Part shown: positions 1-9,177 of the stretch, piece after piece
Layout: every line of letters begins with the position of its first letter
Numbering within the stretch: position 1 is the first letter of the stretch
Source: a virus
Lineage: Duplodnaviria; Caudoviricetes
IMG/VR virus record: IMGVR_UViG_3300034071_000844
Span: 1-36,211 of that record
Direction: 5' to 3' (one strand)
Length of the DNA stretch: 36,211 nucleotides
Translations under genes and position numbers: made by a program
The notes under the pieces: model-generated
What the model was told of the DNA's origin: nothing
Databases searched by the model: none
What the model saw: only the letters and a program-made list of their open reading frames with translations

Positions 1-127
1 GCCGCCGCCCTTGTATTCGAAGGTGCGTGCGAACGGATTCGTACCAGTGGTCTTGAATTCGCGTTCGCAGTATCGCGATATCGCATCTGAAGCACGCGTA
101 ATCATCGCGCTAATTTCAGCGTCTTGC
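1..127. repeat. Terminal direct repeat (copy 1), circular assembly overlap
   Basis: Identical to 36085-36211; 127 bp equals a common assembler k-mer; the head-tail adaptor ORF reads through the junction. Confidence 0.95.
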
Positions 128-198
128 GTGGTGTCGCTCGCAGACTTCTGAAGAAAGCTGCGAACAATGGCGAGCGTAGTCAGGTCTTGCGCTGCCAC
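1..198 (-). CDS. 5' part of head-tail adaptor (continues at 36084 to 35686 across the circular junction)
   Basis: GTG at 198 gives MAAQDLTTLAIVRSFLQKSASDTTQDAEISAMITRAS, in frame with ORF 35686..36189; gp6/gp15-like N-terminus. Confidence 0.8.
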   Translation of the reverse strand, partial: MAAQDLTTLAIVRSFLQKSASDTTQDAEISAMITRASDAISRYCEREFKTTGTNPFARTFEYKGGG

Positions 199-203
199 GT
201 GAC

Positions 204-389
204 CTAAAACTCAGTCTTCGTCTTCTTCGTCTTCTTCGCTGCGCGCTTCTGCGGCGTTTCGGGCTTCGCGCCCAGCTCAGTCAGCTGCTTTTTGACAGCC
301 GCTGCGCGATCTTTCTTGCCGTAGCGCTCATAGCCGGTAAGCTCAGCAGTAAGCGCTGCGATCAGCTCAGCCTTCTGTTCGTCAGTCAC
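204..389 (-). CDS. Small basic hypothetical virion-region protein (61 aa)
   Basis: GTG at 389 preceded by CAGGAG SD; MTDEQKAELIAALTAELTGYERYGKK; lies between capsid and adaptor. Confidence 0.75.
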   Translation of the reverse strand: MTDEQKAELIAALTAELTGYERYGKKDRAAAVKKQLTELGAKPETPQKRAAKKTKKTKTEF

Positions 390-419
390 GAAGGTATCTC
401 CTGTGTTCGAAGTTTCAGT

Positions 420-472
420 GAAAGTCGAAGGCGACCCGCCAGATCGAAAATGACCTGACGGGCGCCAGTCGA
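420..472 (-). terminator. Long hairpin after major capsid gene, possible terminator or stabiliser
   Basis: Minus strand GTCGA..GGCG CCCGTCAGGTC/GATCTGGCGGG..CGCC..TCGAC followed by TTTC. Confidence 0.5.
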
Positions 473-493
473 CGGGTGGTGCTGGTGCTCGAC

Positions 494-1858
494 CTAGAAG
501 GTCGGGGCGACCAGACCAGTGCCGGAAATGACCGAAATGGCCTTCGGGCGACGCGCGTGAAGCTGCGCGTAGTAATTGTGCGCACGTACTCGAACGGTGA
601 GCGTTCCGCTTCCAACATCGCGGAAAGTCTCCAAGTACGGGCCGCCGTCTTCCCACAGATACAGGTCAGGAACAGACGCGACGATGATACGGTCTTCGTC
701 TGTGCCACTGCCCAGATTCGTCGGGATATTGGCGTCGGTGTAGACGGGCAGACCCTGAATCGAGCCGACCGCGCCCTGTGCGGCGTTGCCACCGAAGGTG
801 CCAGCACCATTCGACGGTGCGACAGGCGAAATAAGCGGCCTGTTCGAGCCGTCAACCGCTGCCAGACAGAAAGCCCAGCGGCGCGGGTGCATAAACACTG
901 CAGTAGCGGGTGCGTAGATGCCTGTCGCAATCTTCTGAATTGCGTCAGCGATCTTCGGGTAAAGCTCAGCCAGCGTAGGCGAAGCGTCAGTGTAAGTGAC
1001 GCTGTTTATGCCAGTGACCTGCAGCAGACCCTTATTGTTCGACACGCTGCTGTTTATGACAGCGGTGTCAAGCGTCTGGGCGTAGCTTCGGGCCAAGTCC
1101 TGACCGATAATCTGATCGACGCCCGGAATCGAGCGGTCAAGCAGCTGCTGCGACACGTCCTGCATACCGGCGATGGTCTTCACGTCTGCGGCTGCAGTGG
1201 TGAAGGTCGCGTCAGTCTCAGAAACAGATGCATTGTCAGCCTGCGAAGCAGTGGTGACGCCGCCGTCCTGAATCGGTACGTTGACCGTATCGGTGTTCGG
1301 TGGCAGCGGGCGTGAACCGATGACGTCGGCTACGACCCTACCGGGGCGCGCGAAGTCAGCGAATTCCTGCTGCAACCACAGTGGCGGCACAAGGTAGCCA
1401 CCGGCTGAATCGGTGCTGCTCAGATCGAATTCGGCCCGGTCAGCCATTTCGCGGCTGTGACGGGTCAAGCGCTCCTGAGCGGTGACGTCATTCGCAGTCG
1501 CGCTGCGATACAAGTCACGAAAAATCGACTGGCCGTTCCCCTTGTCATAGGTAAGCGGCTCAGACTTCACGCTGGCGGAAATATCAGCCTCTGAATCTAC
1601 TTCAGGGATAGATACCTCGCGCGCAGACTGGGTGCGCTCGAACAGATCGACCTTTTCGCGAAGCTCATTGGCGCGACTCTCAGCCGCGTCGAAGCTTGCT
1701 TTTAGATCGTCCAGCGAAACAGAAGCCTCGACGTCGGCGCCATCGGCGTCTACGTCAGCGGCAGCGTCGGCGTCGAATTTCTCGACGGCGTCGGCTGCAG
1801 CGTGCAGGTCTTCTACTGCCTTGCTGTACTGCTCGCGCACAGTGTTCAGGTCTTCCAT
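494..1858 (-). CDS. Major capsid protein, HK97 fold, with N-terminal acidic scaffold (delta) domain
   Basis: 454 aa; GGYLVPP, FMHPRRW and GSIQGLPV motifs; follows prohead protease; GAAAGG SD. Confidence 0.95.
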   Translation of the reverse strand: MEDLNTVREQYSKAVEDLHAAADAVEKFDADAAADVDADGADVEASVSLDDLKASFDAAESRANELREKVDLFERTQSAREVSIPEVDSEADISASVKSEPLTYDKGNGQSIFRDLYRSATANDVTAQERLTRHSREMADRAEFDLSSTDSAGGYLVPPLWLQQEFADFARPGRVVADVIGSRPLPPNTDTVNVPIQDGGVTTASQADNASVSETDATFTTAAADVKTIAGMQDVSQQLLDRSIPGVDQIIGQDLARSYAQTLDTAVINSSVSNNKGLLQVTGINSVTYTDASPTLAELYPKIADAIQKIATGIYAPATAVFMHPRRWAFCLAAVDGSNRPLISPVAPSNGAGTFGGNAAQGAVGSIQGLPVYTDANIPTNLGSGTDEDRIIVASVPDLYLWEDGGPYLETFRDVGSGTLTVRVRAHNYYAQLHARRPKAISVISGTGLVAPTF

Positions 1859-1865
1859 AGTGGAA

Positions 1866-2600
1866 TTACCTTTCTGTGTTCGGGTGTTCGAATTGCGCCA
1901 TACGACGTGCGACGTAGTGCTTCACGCCTTCGGTCGAATTGACGGCGAAAAGGTCGCCAGACTTTTCAGTCTCGACTTCCCCAGCGCCCGTATCCGCGAC
2001 GCTGTCGACGTCCTGCGGAGAATCCGCAGCGGCGTCATCGGCCTGTGCAATCTGCACACGACCGGCTTCTTTCGCTGAAGCAAGATCAGCGGCCAGCGAC
2101 GAATCGGTCTGTGGAAACGCGCCCTGCGCGCAGACCGTCACGTCGTACAAGCCTGAAACTTCTGTAATGGTGCGAGTGACGTCAGCGGTATCGCCTTCGC
2201 CGGTTTGCGTCCACGTATCAGCACCGATATCGCAAGCGAAGCTCATCTGATCGACGTCGCCGCGCTCCATAAGAATTGCCAAGTCATCGGCGTAGCTGGT
2301 AGGTGCGAGCGATGCCCAGACGTGCAAGCCGCGCGGGTCTTGCCGCAGCTCCAGCGTCTTGCTAGCGGTGCGAGCAAGCACGTAGCGGGTATCGTGATCC
2401 CAGACCAGATGCACGTCTGGGTTGCTATCCAGAATCTTTCCGAAGGCATCTGGCGCTATTTCGACGCGATAGCCGCCCAGATCGTGTGACTTCTGGCCGA
2501 AGACAGCAGCGTGGCCGCGCAAGAATCGCCCTGCGCCTTCGCGACCGCTGTTTTCGAATTTCTCGATAGATAGTGGAAAAGTGAAGTGAACGGGTGTCAT
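1866..2600 (-). CDS. HK97-family prohead protease
   Basis: GHAAVF, DLGGYRVEIAPDAF, WDHD, RGDVDQMSF, LYDVTV motifs; between portal and capsid. Confidence 0.92.
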   Translation of the reverse strand: MTPVHFTFPLSIEKFENSGREGAGRFLRGHAAVFGQKSHDLGGYRVEIAPDAFGKILDSNPDVHLVWDHDTRYVLARTASKTLELRQDPRGLHVWASLAPTSYADDLAILMERGDVDQMSFACDIGADTWTQTGEGDTADVTRTITEVSGLYDVTVCAQGAFPQTDSSLAADLASAKEAGRVQIAQADDAAADSPQDVDSVADTGAGEVETEKSGDLFAVNSTEGVKHYVARRMAQFEHPNTER

Positions 2601-2617
2601 ACCGTAAGTCTCTCCTG

Positions 2618-3826
2618 TTAGTTAGCGGGGCTGCCGCTGTTTGCAGTGTTAGGTGCGCCGCCGACCGGCGTTTCTTGAATCTGGTCGCCGCCTTCAGCTG
2701 GCGCATAGCCTTCAATCGCGCGAATTTCATTCGCTGTAATCCAGCCGCCTTGACGTGCAAGACGGTAAGCGTCGAATCGGGTTTTTATATCCGCGCGAAG
2801 CAAGCGTGAAGGGTCGAATTCAACCGACCAGTCAGGCGCCGGAAAGATATCGACGTCATTCGCAAGCGCCTGTTCAAGTCTTGTAATCCACGGGTCAAGT
2901 CCGTACTGCAGAAAGCGCATATTCTCAGACTCGACCGAAGGGCTGGCAAGCGCGTCAGGGTCATTCAGAAGTCCAGCTGGTATGCCCAGCATTCTGCCGA
3001 CTTCTTGCACGCCGAATTTCTGGCTTTCAATGAATTGCGCGTCGGTCAGCGTCGTCGCGACCCTGTCAATTTCCCAGCCGCCCCACAGAATCGCCGGTCG
3101 TCCAGCATTCGACGGGCCGGTGTGTCGAGACTCGAAACTCTCGCGCAATTCTTCGCGCTGGTCGCGCGTCACGTTCGACGCGTGCTTCAAGATCACACCG
3201 GGAAAGCCGTCATTCTGCAGGTAGCGGTTTTCGAATTCGTGGCGCTGTATTTCAGTGGATATCGAACGCCTGAAAGCGTCGACCACTGATACGCCGATAG
3301 CCGGGTGTTCGACCAGAATGCCTGCGACGTAAAGAATGGTTTCAGCACCGACCCTTGACGTGATACGGCCAGACGGCTTGTCTCGCAGATCGAAGCTCAT
3401 TTTGCCGTTTTTGTATTTAGGCGTGACCAGTCGCGGGTCAACTGGCACCAGCTGAATGACGTTGCCGCGCGAGTCTTTTACCTTGAACAGATAGGCGCCG
3501 CCGCGCAGCATCGAAGCGAAGGTGTAAGACCAGACCTGCGACGACGGAATTTCACGCCCTGCCGGGTGCTTCAGCAGCTGCGCCTGCGAAGACGTCGCCT
3601 GCTCGATTCGATCAGTCGCGCTGCCCTGATAGACGCGAAGCGGAAAGCTTGACGCCGTGTCGCAGATCAGCCTGACGCCCCTAGCGAAAGCCGGTACGCC
3701 GATAGCGTCAGAAAGGTCGATGCGGTTAGCGTGCGAGTTATACACGCTGGCGCGCGGTATCGGGGTAGATGAATCGAAGGCAGCCCCGAAAGATTCGCGG
3801 TTCCCCTTCGGTGTAGCGAGTATCAC
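2618..3826 (-). CDS. Portal protein (HK97 family)
   Basis: 402 aa; GVSVV, NAGRPAIL, DAQFIES, VGRMLGIP, GWITANEIRAIEGY motifs. Confidence 0.95.
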   Translation of the reverse strand: MILATPKGNRESFGAAFDSSTPIPRASVYNSHANRIDLSDAIGVPAFARGVRLICDTASSFPLRVYQGSATDRIEQATSSQAQLLKHPAGREIPSSQVWSYTFASMLRGGAYLFKVKDSRGNVIQLVPVDPRLVTPKYKNGKMSFDLRDKPSGRITSRVGAETILYVAGILVEHPAIGVSVVDAFRRSISTEIQRHEFENRYLQNDGFPGVILKHASNVTRDQREELRESFESRHTGPSNAGRPAILWGGWEIDRVATTLTDAQFIESQKFGVQEVGRMLGIPAGLLNDPDALASPSVESENMRFLQYGLDPWITRLEQALANDVDIFPAPDWSVEFDPSRLLRADIKTRFDAYRLARQGGWITANEIRAIEGYAPAEGGDQIQETPVGGAPNTANSGSPAN

Positions 3827-4029
3827 GGTGTTAGTACCTGCTTGAAAAGAACGTTTGTTTTAGGAATTTCAATCGGGCCTGACAGCGTGACTGTCGATTC
3901 TGGCCCTTCGATCAGCTTCGGCGATTCGACTACGTAGTCATTACGCCGCGTGCGTACCAGCACGCCTTCAATCGAAGTCTGCCGGTCGTGAAAATGAAAG
4001 CGAAGCGTTTTCGCGTTGCGCCTTACCAT
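3823..4029 (-). CDS. Small hypothetical protein between terminase and portal
   Basis: 68 aa ORF overlapping both neighbours (translational coupling). Confidence 0.7.
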   Translation of the reverse strand: MVRRNAKTLRFHFHDRQTSIEGVLVRTRRNDYVVESPKLIEGPESTVTLSGPIEIPKTNVLFKQVLTP

Positions 4030-5489
4030 TCGAAGCCCCCTCCAGTGGTTGAAGTGTCTACCTGCGGAAAAGCGATCAGCAGCGCCATTAGCGCGTCAAT
4101 TGGCCGCTTAGCCTTGCCCTTAGCAAGTCGCCAGCCGCGTTCGGTGTCGCGAGTCGCGCCAGCTTTCACGTGCGCAGCCAGCACCGGGTCGCCATTGTGC
4201 GCGATGCGGCACGTCTGAATGGCTTCGAAAAGTCTGGTCGACGCAGGTACGGTGCGCTCATTCGTCATCGGAAAGTCGACCATTAGAAGACCTTCGTCTG
4301 ACAGCATCTGCGCTGAACGTTCGAAAGACCAGCGGTCGTAGGCGACGCTCATAACCGAATAGCGATCTGCCAGCTGCCTGACTTCGCCTTCGATCAGCGA
4401 CAGGTCAAGCGTGTCTGAGCCAGTCGGCGCGAATACCTTCGCCTGCACGACGATTCTTTCGTCTTCGCGCTTCCAGCAGGCGACTATGGCTGAAGTGTCT
4501 TTCCGCAGTCCGACGTCGACGCCCACGTACACGGGCGAACCTTCAGGTATGACAGCGTCAGGGTCGTAGCAAGCTTCCCACGCGCCAGCTGGTAGCCACG
4601 CATCTGCCGATGGTGTCCAGACGTTTGCGTGATAGCGCGCCCAGCGTGTTTCGGTCATCGACGGCGACGCTTTTATGCGTTCGAGCTTTTCGCGAGTCAC
4701 GAAAGTCGCCGGGTTTGCTTCTGCGACCACGTCTAGGTCTTCCAGATCGGCGCCTTCGGCAGCCGCCCATTCGAACATCGCGAAATTACCGTCAGCCGCG
4801 AGCGTCAGCGAGTCTGCGCGATTGACTTCAGGCAATTCGAGTGCCTTTTTACGAATCCTGCCCAGCACGCTTTCTTCGTCAGCGCCAGCGGTCGAAATAG
4901 TCAGCATTCGACCATCGCGCTTATGCAGTGCGCCCTGCATCGCTGCGTACAGCGCGTCATTCACGTGCGCGTGAAGCTCGTCAACCAGACCCAGCGTCGG
5001 CCCGATACCTTCAAGCGAGCCGCGATCTGCCTTATCTGAAGCGAGCACGCGCAGGTAGCCTTGCGCCGCATCTTTCTCGACGCGAATTTCCATATAGCCG
5101 GGAAACGGCAGCAGATCGACCTGCCTAGCGAAGCGCGATGCTTCGCGATACATCTTCTGAGCCTGCGCCGCGCTCGAAGCACCGATATAGGCTTCAGCTG
5201 CGTTAGTGGTCTTCAGGTGATACACGGCGAGCGCTGCGAGCAGAACGGTCTTGCCGTTGCCCTTCGGTATGAGCGCCAGCACTTCGGTATAGCCAGCGAA
5301 GTGCGCCAGCATTATTAGCCGCTGAAACGGTTCGAGCACCAGCGATTCAGCTTCGGTGGTCTGCAGATCAGCGCAGAAGGCTTCGAAAATCGCTAGACTT
5401 CGTGTCGCTTCATCGAGCTTCGTCGGCGTCAGTAGCAATTCGTCGACTCTAGGAATATCGCCAGCAGGCGACTTCGTATTCGGCGTCAT
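4023..5489 (-). CDS. terL: Terminase large subunit
   Basis: Walker A PKGNGKT, Walker B GLVDELH, ISTAG coupling motif, nuclease YVGVDVG and PIDALMA. Confidence 0.95.
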   Translation of the reverse strand: MTPNTKSPAGDIPRVDELLLTPTKLDEATRSLAIFEAFCADLQTTEAESLVLEPFQRLIMLAHFAGYTEVLALIPKGNGKTVLLAALAVYHLKTTNAAEAYIGASSAAQAQKMYREASRFARQVDLLPFPGYMEIRVEKDAAQGYLRVLASDKADRGSLEGIGPTLGLVDELHAHVNDALYAAMQGALHKRDGRMLTISTAGADEESVLGRIRKKALELPEVNRADSLTLAADGNFAMFEWAAAEGADLEDLDVVAEANPATFVTREKLERIKASPSMTETRWARYHANVWTPSADAWLPAGAWEACYDPDAVIPEGSPVYVGVDVGLRKDTSAIVACWKREDERIVVQAKVFAPTGSDTLDLSLIEGEVRQLADRYSVMSVAYDRWSFERSAQMLSDEGLLMVDFPMTNERTVPASTRLFEAIQTCRIAHNGDPVLAAHVKAGATRDTERGWRLAKGKAKRPIDALMALLIAFPQVDTSTTGGGFEW

Positions 5490-5709
5490 CGGATTCGGCG
5501 CCCGCTCAGCTCGACGGGCACGCGCAACGATTTTTTTCGAAACAGTGGTGGCGCGATACTCGTTTTCGCGCTAGGCGTGAAAGGCACCCCCCCTTAGAAG
5601 ATGCGCTGCGCGGTGCTCGATCACGATTCTGGGCGTGCATAGGTTCGGTGCCTTCCCTCCGGGTAGAAAAGGCTGCGCCACTGTGTACCCGGACAGTAGA
5701 CGCAGCCGC

Positions 5710-6057
5710 TTAGAAGTCTGAGCCTTCGACCAGTGTGCGTAGTGGTGACTGTCGGCCTGCACGCAGGTCAGCTTCGATCTGGTTATGGTGTCGCACGCAC
5801 AGTGGTCGCAGGTTGTCGATGGTGTCAGTCCCGCCTTCTGCACGTGGTACGACGTGGTGTGCGATCACGTGGTCGTGGGTGCCACAGACTAAGCAGCCGG
5901 TGCGTATGACTACTGACCTGAGCCTTCGCCATTCAGGTGAACGGTAGAAGGTGGTGTCGGCGTTATGCTTATCCTGTCGAGCCTTCACGCAGGTAGGGCA
6001 GCGTGGGCCGCGACTGATTAGCCTGCCGCATTCTAGACAGATGGTCGCGCGTGGCAT
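5710..6057 (-). CDS. HNH endonuclease (packaging-associated, HK97 gp74-like)
   Basis: Likely start ATG 6057 (MPRATICLECG); YRSPEWRRLR, CLVCG, AHHVVPRAEGG, NLRPLCVRHH; upstream of terL. Confidence 0.9.
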   Translation of the reverse strand: MPRATICLECGRLISRGPRCPTCVKARQDKHNADTTFYRSPEWRRLRSVVIRTGCLVCGTHDHVIAHHVVPRAEGGTDTIDNLRPLCVRHHNQIEADLRAGRQSPLRTLVEGSDF

Positions 6058-6270
6058 TAGTCGTGGTGATCGGTAGTGGCGTCGACCCGAATCGAACGGG
6101 CTTCTTCGGCTGGTGTGGCCGACGTGGTGCCATTCCACTACGACGCCTGCCGCGCTGCGAGAAAGGGAGCGCGCGCGGCGTGTGTGTCAGTCAGCTATCG
6201 CGCCACGTAAGGCAGCGTGACGAATAGGTATGCGACTTTACTTAGGCACACGGACACGGTCTTTCCACCT

Positions 6271-6888
6271 TCAGACGCTTTCGACCGGCCAGTATCGGTC
6301 GACTGTCTTACGCGACACGTCAAGCCTTCGAGCAGCAGCAGCCTTCGATTCACCTGCAAGCGCGAGCGTAGCCACCGTCGCGTGCCGTGACGGTTCATCT
6401 AGCGATATAAAGACCGAAGGCAGCGTGCCGTCTTTCGGTCTGCGCTTATGCACGCGTCGAGCCTTAGCCACGAATTGCACACTGCACGCTTCAAGCACTG
6501 CGACTTCTAGGTCTTGCACGCCTTCATACCATTCAACGATGCGTGCCATAGACGCGCGCTCATCTTCTGGGCCGGTCTTGCCGCGTGGCTGCGGGCTTCG
6601 ACCCTTAGCCTTCGCGTGGTCGCGCTCAGCCAGATAACACAGCAGCCTGCGCCTTTCGTCATCGCTGGCGCGTGCGAAGTGATAGGCATACCATTCGTAA
6701 AGGCTTCGGTCTTTAGGTGGTGGCTGCGTGCTGTCTCGATCTGGTCTGCTGCCGGGTGGTGGCGAGCTATCAGGCTTAGACTGACCGCCACCGTCATTAG
6801 CCACGATTGACGCTGAATCGACGTCTGACAGCATCTGCAGCTGCGTCAGCACTGATCGTATGCGGGCTTGCAGCTCGCGGTCAATCAT
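6271..6888 (-). CDS. HTH DNA-binding protein, candidate late-gene activator
   Basis: C-terminal HTH GESKAAAARRLDVSRKTVDRYW; last gene before packaging module. Confidence 0.65.
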   Translation of the reverse strand: MIDRELQARIRSVLTQLQMLSDVDSASIVANDGGGQSKPDSSPPPGSRPDRDSTQPPPKDRSLYEWYAYHFARASDDERRRLLCYLAERDHAKAKGRSPQPRGKTGPEDERASMARIVEWYEGVQDLEVAVLEACSVQFVAKARRVHKRRPKDGTLPSVFISLDEPSRHATVATLALAGESKAAAARRLDVSRKTVDRYWPVESV

Positions 6889-7138
6889 CGGCCATTAGGT
6901 CTTCTGGGTTAGGTATGCCGTAGTGCTCGTCTGCAGGTACGATCTTCGACGGGTGCTTCAGGTTTTTCACCCAGCGTTCGGCCTGTTCGAGCGGCATTCC
7001 CCATTCGAACATCGAGTCGTACTTACGTGGGTCGCTGCCATATACCTGACGACCGCTTTCGATATTCACGATCACGTAGCGTCGCGTCAGCGGTGGCTTC
7101 TTGACTGGCTTGCGTGCGGCTGTCTTGCGCTTGCTCAT
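6881..7138 (-). CDS. Hypothetical protein (85 aa)
   Basis: Coupled overlaps with neighbours in minus-strand operon. Confidence 0.7.
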   Translation of the reverse strand: MSKRKTAARKPVKKPPLTRRYVIVNIESGRQVYGSDPRKYDSMFEWGMPLEQAERWVKNLKHPSKIVPADEHYGIPNPEDLMADD

Positions 7139-7227
7139 ATGGCGCCCAGACCGAACGCGACAGCGATCAGCAATGCGACGGTCATTACCGCAGCGAAGAT
7201 CACACCGGCTGCTTCGTCACCATTCAT
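7135..7227 (-). CDS. Small membrane peptide (30 aa)
   Basis: MNGDEAAGVIFAAVMTVALLIAVAFGLGAI; ATGA overlaps at both ends; not in ORF track. Confidence 0.65.
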   Translation of the reverse strand: MNGDEAAGVIFAAVMTVALLIAVAFGLGAI

Positions 7228-7877
7228 AGGCCGCACGCCCAGCTAGTAGTCGGATACCTGCCAGTGCTCGATACAGCGCGGCTGCCGACACGTATCGCTG
7301 CAGCGCCGTGATACGGCGACGCGTCGCGGGGCAGCTTTCCAATGCGTATGACGACGCGCCGCTGCTTTCTGTGGCCGATAGTGCGATGCGTCCAGCGACC
7401 AGACGACCAGCGCGTGTGCCTTATAACCGGCAGGCGCTTCGTGGCCTTGACTCGCAGCTTCATCTTGCGCGGCGTGCCTGCCCACATCGAAGACCAGATC
7501 GTGCCGAATTGCAGCAGACCGCCATACTGACCATTCGTCGCGCCGGGATTGAAGGTCGATTCGCAGGCAATTCGATTCAACAGCGACGGCGACTGCCAGC
7601 GTCGCGCTTCTGACCTGTCAAGCCAGACGATCTGCTGGTAGGTAGGTGAAGACCACGGGCGCCAGTCAGTAATACGAATGGTGCGATGCTTCGCTGGTCT
7701 GGTGATCTTGCGGTCAAGCGCGACAGGAAACGGGCAGCCTAGATGCTGAGCTTCGCCGCTTCGAACAGTGCAGCGATCAGCGTCATCGAGCACGCCGTCA
7801 CCGTCTGTATCGGCGCCACCGAAGATCAGCAGCACTGCCGTCAGCGGCACTAGAAAGGCAGCGACTAGCGCGTGCAC
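7224..7877 (-). CDS. Exported lytic transglycosylase / Rpf-like lysozyme-fold protein
   Basis: Hydrophobic N-terminus, DTDGDGVLDDADRC repeat, core IACESTFNPGATNGQYGGLLQF..W and C-terminal WAC. Confidence 0.7.
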   Translation of the reverse strand: MHALVAAFLVPLTAVLLIFGGADTDGDGVLDDADRCTVRSGEAQHLGCPFPVALDRKITRPAKHRTIRITDWRPWSSPTYQQIVWLDRSEARRWQSPSLLNRIACESTFNPGATNGQYGGLLQFGTIWSSMWAGTPRKMKLRVKATKRLPVIRHTRWSSGRWTHRTIGHRKQRRVVIRIGKLPRDASPYHGAAAIRVGSRAVSSTGRYPTTSWACGL

Positions 7878-7969
7878 GTGTCGCCCCTGAAGCGCATACC
7901 GCAGGACGCGCAGACGTGGCCGTCACCAGCCTGCACCAGCAGACCGCCGCATTCGCTACACGCCTTCAC
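7865..7969 (-). CDS. Small zinc-ribbon peptide (34 aa)
   Basis: MKACSECGGLLVQAGDGHVCASCGMRF; GTGA overlap with upstream stop; not in ORF track. Confidence 0.65.
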   Translation of the reverse strand: MKACSECGGLLVQAGDGHVCASCGMRFRGDTCTR

Positions 7970-8457
7970 CCGCGCAAGATGCTTTCTAACTCGTCAAGGT
8001 CAGAAAAGTTAGGGCAGCCCAGATCGACGTAGCAGGCGTTGCACACGACCGTCATCGTCTTCGGGTCATAGGTGCGGTCGCCTGTCATACCTTCGTCTTC
8101 GTAGACTTCTTCGCAGGTCGTGCGCTCCAGCTGGTGACAGTCCGGCGTCACCTGCGATCTACAGCGCACGATCAGCGGGCCGTATCGCCTATCTAGGTAG
8201 CTGGTCAGCTTGTATTCGTGTGCGAATCGCTCAGTGTCCAGCGGTATTTCGTCACGTGCTAGGTCGATGAAGCGGTGGTCGAAGCGGTGGTGGTGCGCTC
8301 GACACGCGACTACCCAGCAGCGTTCGTCCCAGATCACGTCGCGGGGCAGATTCTTTATGCGCATAACCTGCTTTTCGATCAGGTGCGCGCGGTCGAAGAT
8401 TGTGCGGTCGCAGGGCTTGTCATCGACGTCAGCGAAAAAACAGACTGCTTCGGTCAT
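7966..8457 (-). CDS. HNH-like His/Cys protein with C-terminal zinc finger
   Basis: DRAHLI...W...ACRAHHHRFD resembles an HNH core; C-terminal CNAC. Confidence 0.55.
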   Translation of the reverse strand: MTEAVCFFADVDDKPCDRTIFDRAHLIEKQVMRIKNLPRDVIWDERCWVVACRAHHHRFDHRFIDLARDEIPLDTERFAHEYKLTSYLDRRYGPLIVRCRSQVTPDCHQLERTTCEEVYEDEGMTGDRTYDPKTMTVVCNACYVDLGCPNFSDLDELESILRG

Positions 8458-9164
8458 CGCTGCAACCTTTCGCGTACTGACTGAGCAGCCAGCGCACCTG
8501 CTGCTTCGTCGCGCACAATCAGAAAGTCAGCGAGCAGGTTGCCCAGTGCTTCTTCGCGGTTATCTGCGGCGACCAGAAAGTCAGAAAGGTCTGTGCCGTC
8601 GGGTAGCTCGACTGGTACGACGCCTATCGCCTTGCGTTCAAGCTCAGCAGATACGCGCGCTGTCGCCTTGCGACCGGCTTCGTCAGCATCGAACACGACG
8701 TATGCCCTGCCTACACCAGCTGCACGCAGATCACGCGCTACACGCGTGGCCGGGAAGCTGGCGCCGGGTACACCGACAGGGCACAGATCAGAAAGCAGCG
8801 GGTGATCTGACGAATCGACCACGCTTGCAGCGGCTAGCGTGTCGGCTTCGCCTTCGCACAGAATGACTGGCACGCGAGCACCTACGCCCAGCGGCCAGAA
8901 CATCGAAAGCAATTCGCCTTTCGGCTGTCGGCAGATGCCATCGCTGAACGTGCGACGCCTGTAATAGTGGGTGCCGTCAGCGCGTGCGTAGGGAAAGCTG
9001 ATCGAGTAGTGGTCAGCCGTCACGCCTACTTCGGCTGCCAGATTCAAGTCGACAGCGTGGCTGCGAAGGTATTCACGCGCAGGCGTATCTGCACTGGGTC
9101 TAGCGGCAGCGCTACAACTGTCGCTGCGACTAGGTACAGTCTGTGTACCAGCGGGGGCGATCAT
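8454..9164 (-). CDS. TOPRIM-domain DNA primase (start uncertain)
   Basis: ILCEGEADTLAA, VVFDADEAG, GTDLSD motifs; ATG 9164 chosen to avoid overlap with integrase. Confidence 0.85.
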   Translation of the reverse strand: MIAPAGTQTVPSRSDSCSAAARPSADTPAREYLRSHAVDLNLAAEVGVTADHYSISFPYARADGTHYYRRRTFSDGICRQPKGELLSMFWPLGVGARVPVILCEGEADTLAAASVVDSSDHPLLSDLCPVGVPGASFPATRVARDLRAAGVGRAYVVFDADEAGRKATARVSAELERKAIGVVPVELPDGTDLSDFLVAADNREEALGNLLADFLIVRDEAAGALAAQSVRERLQR

Positions 9165-9177
9165 CGGAAAGGGAAGC

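Noticed and set aside
476-1315. Long plus-strand ORF antisense to capsid (and similar shadow ORFs throughout)
   Set aside because: Antisense shadows of GC-rich coding genes with no SD or motifs
7955-7961. GCTACAC half-site as a ninth operator
   Set aside because: Single arm within the zinc-ribbon CDS, with no -10, leader or SD context
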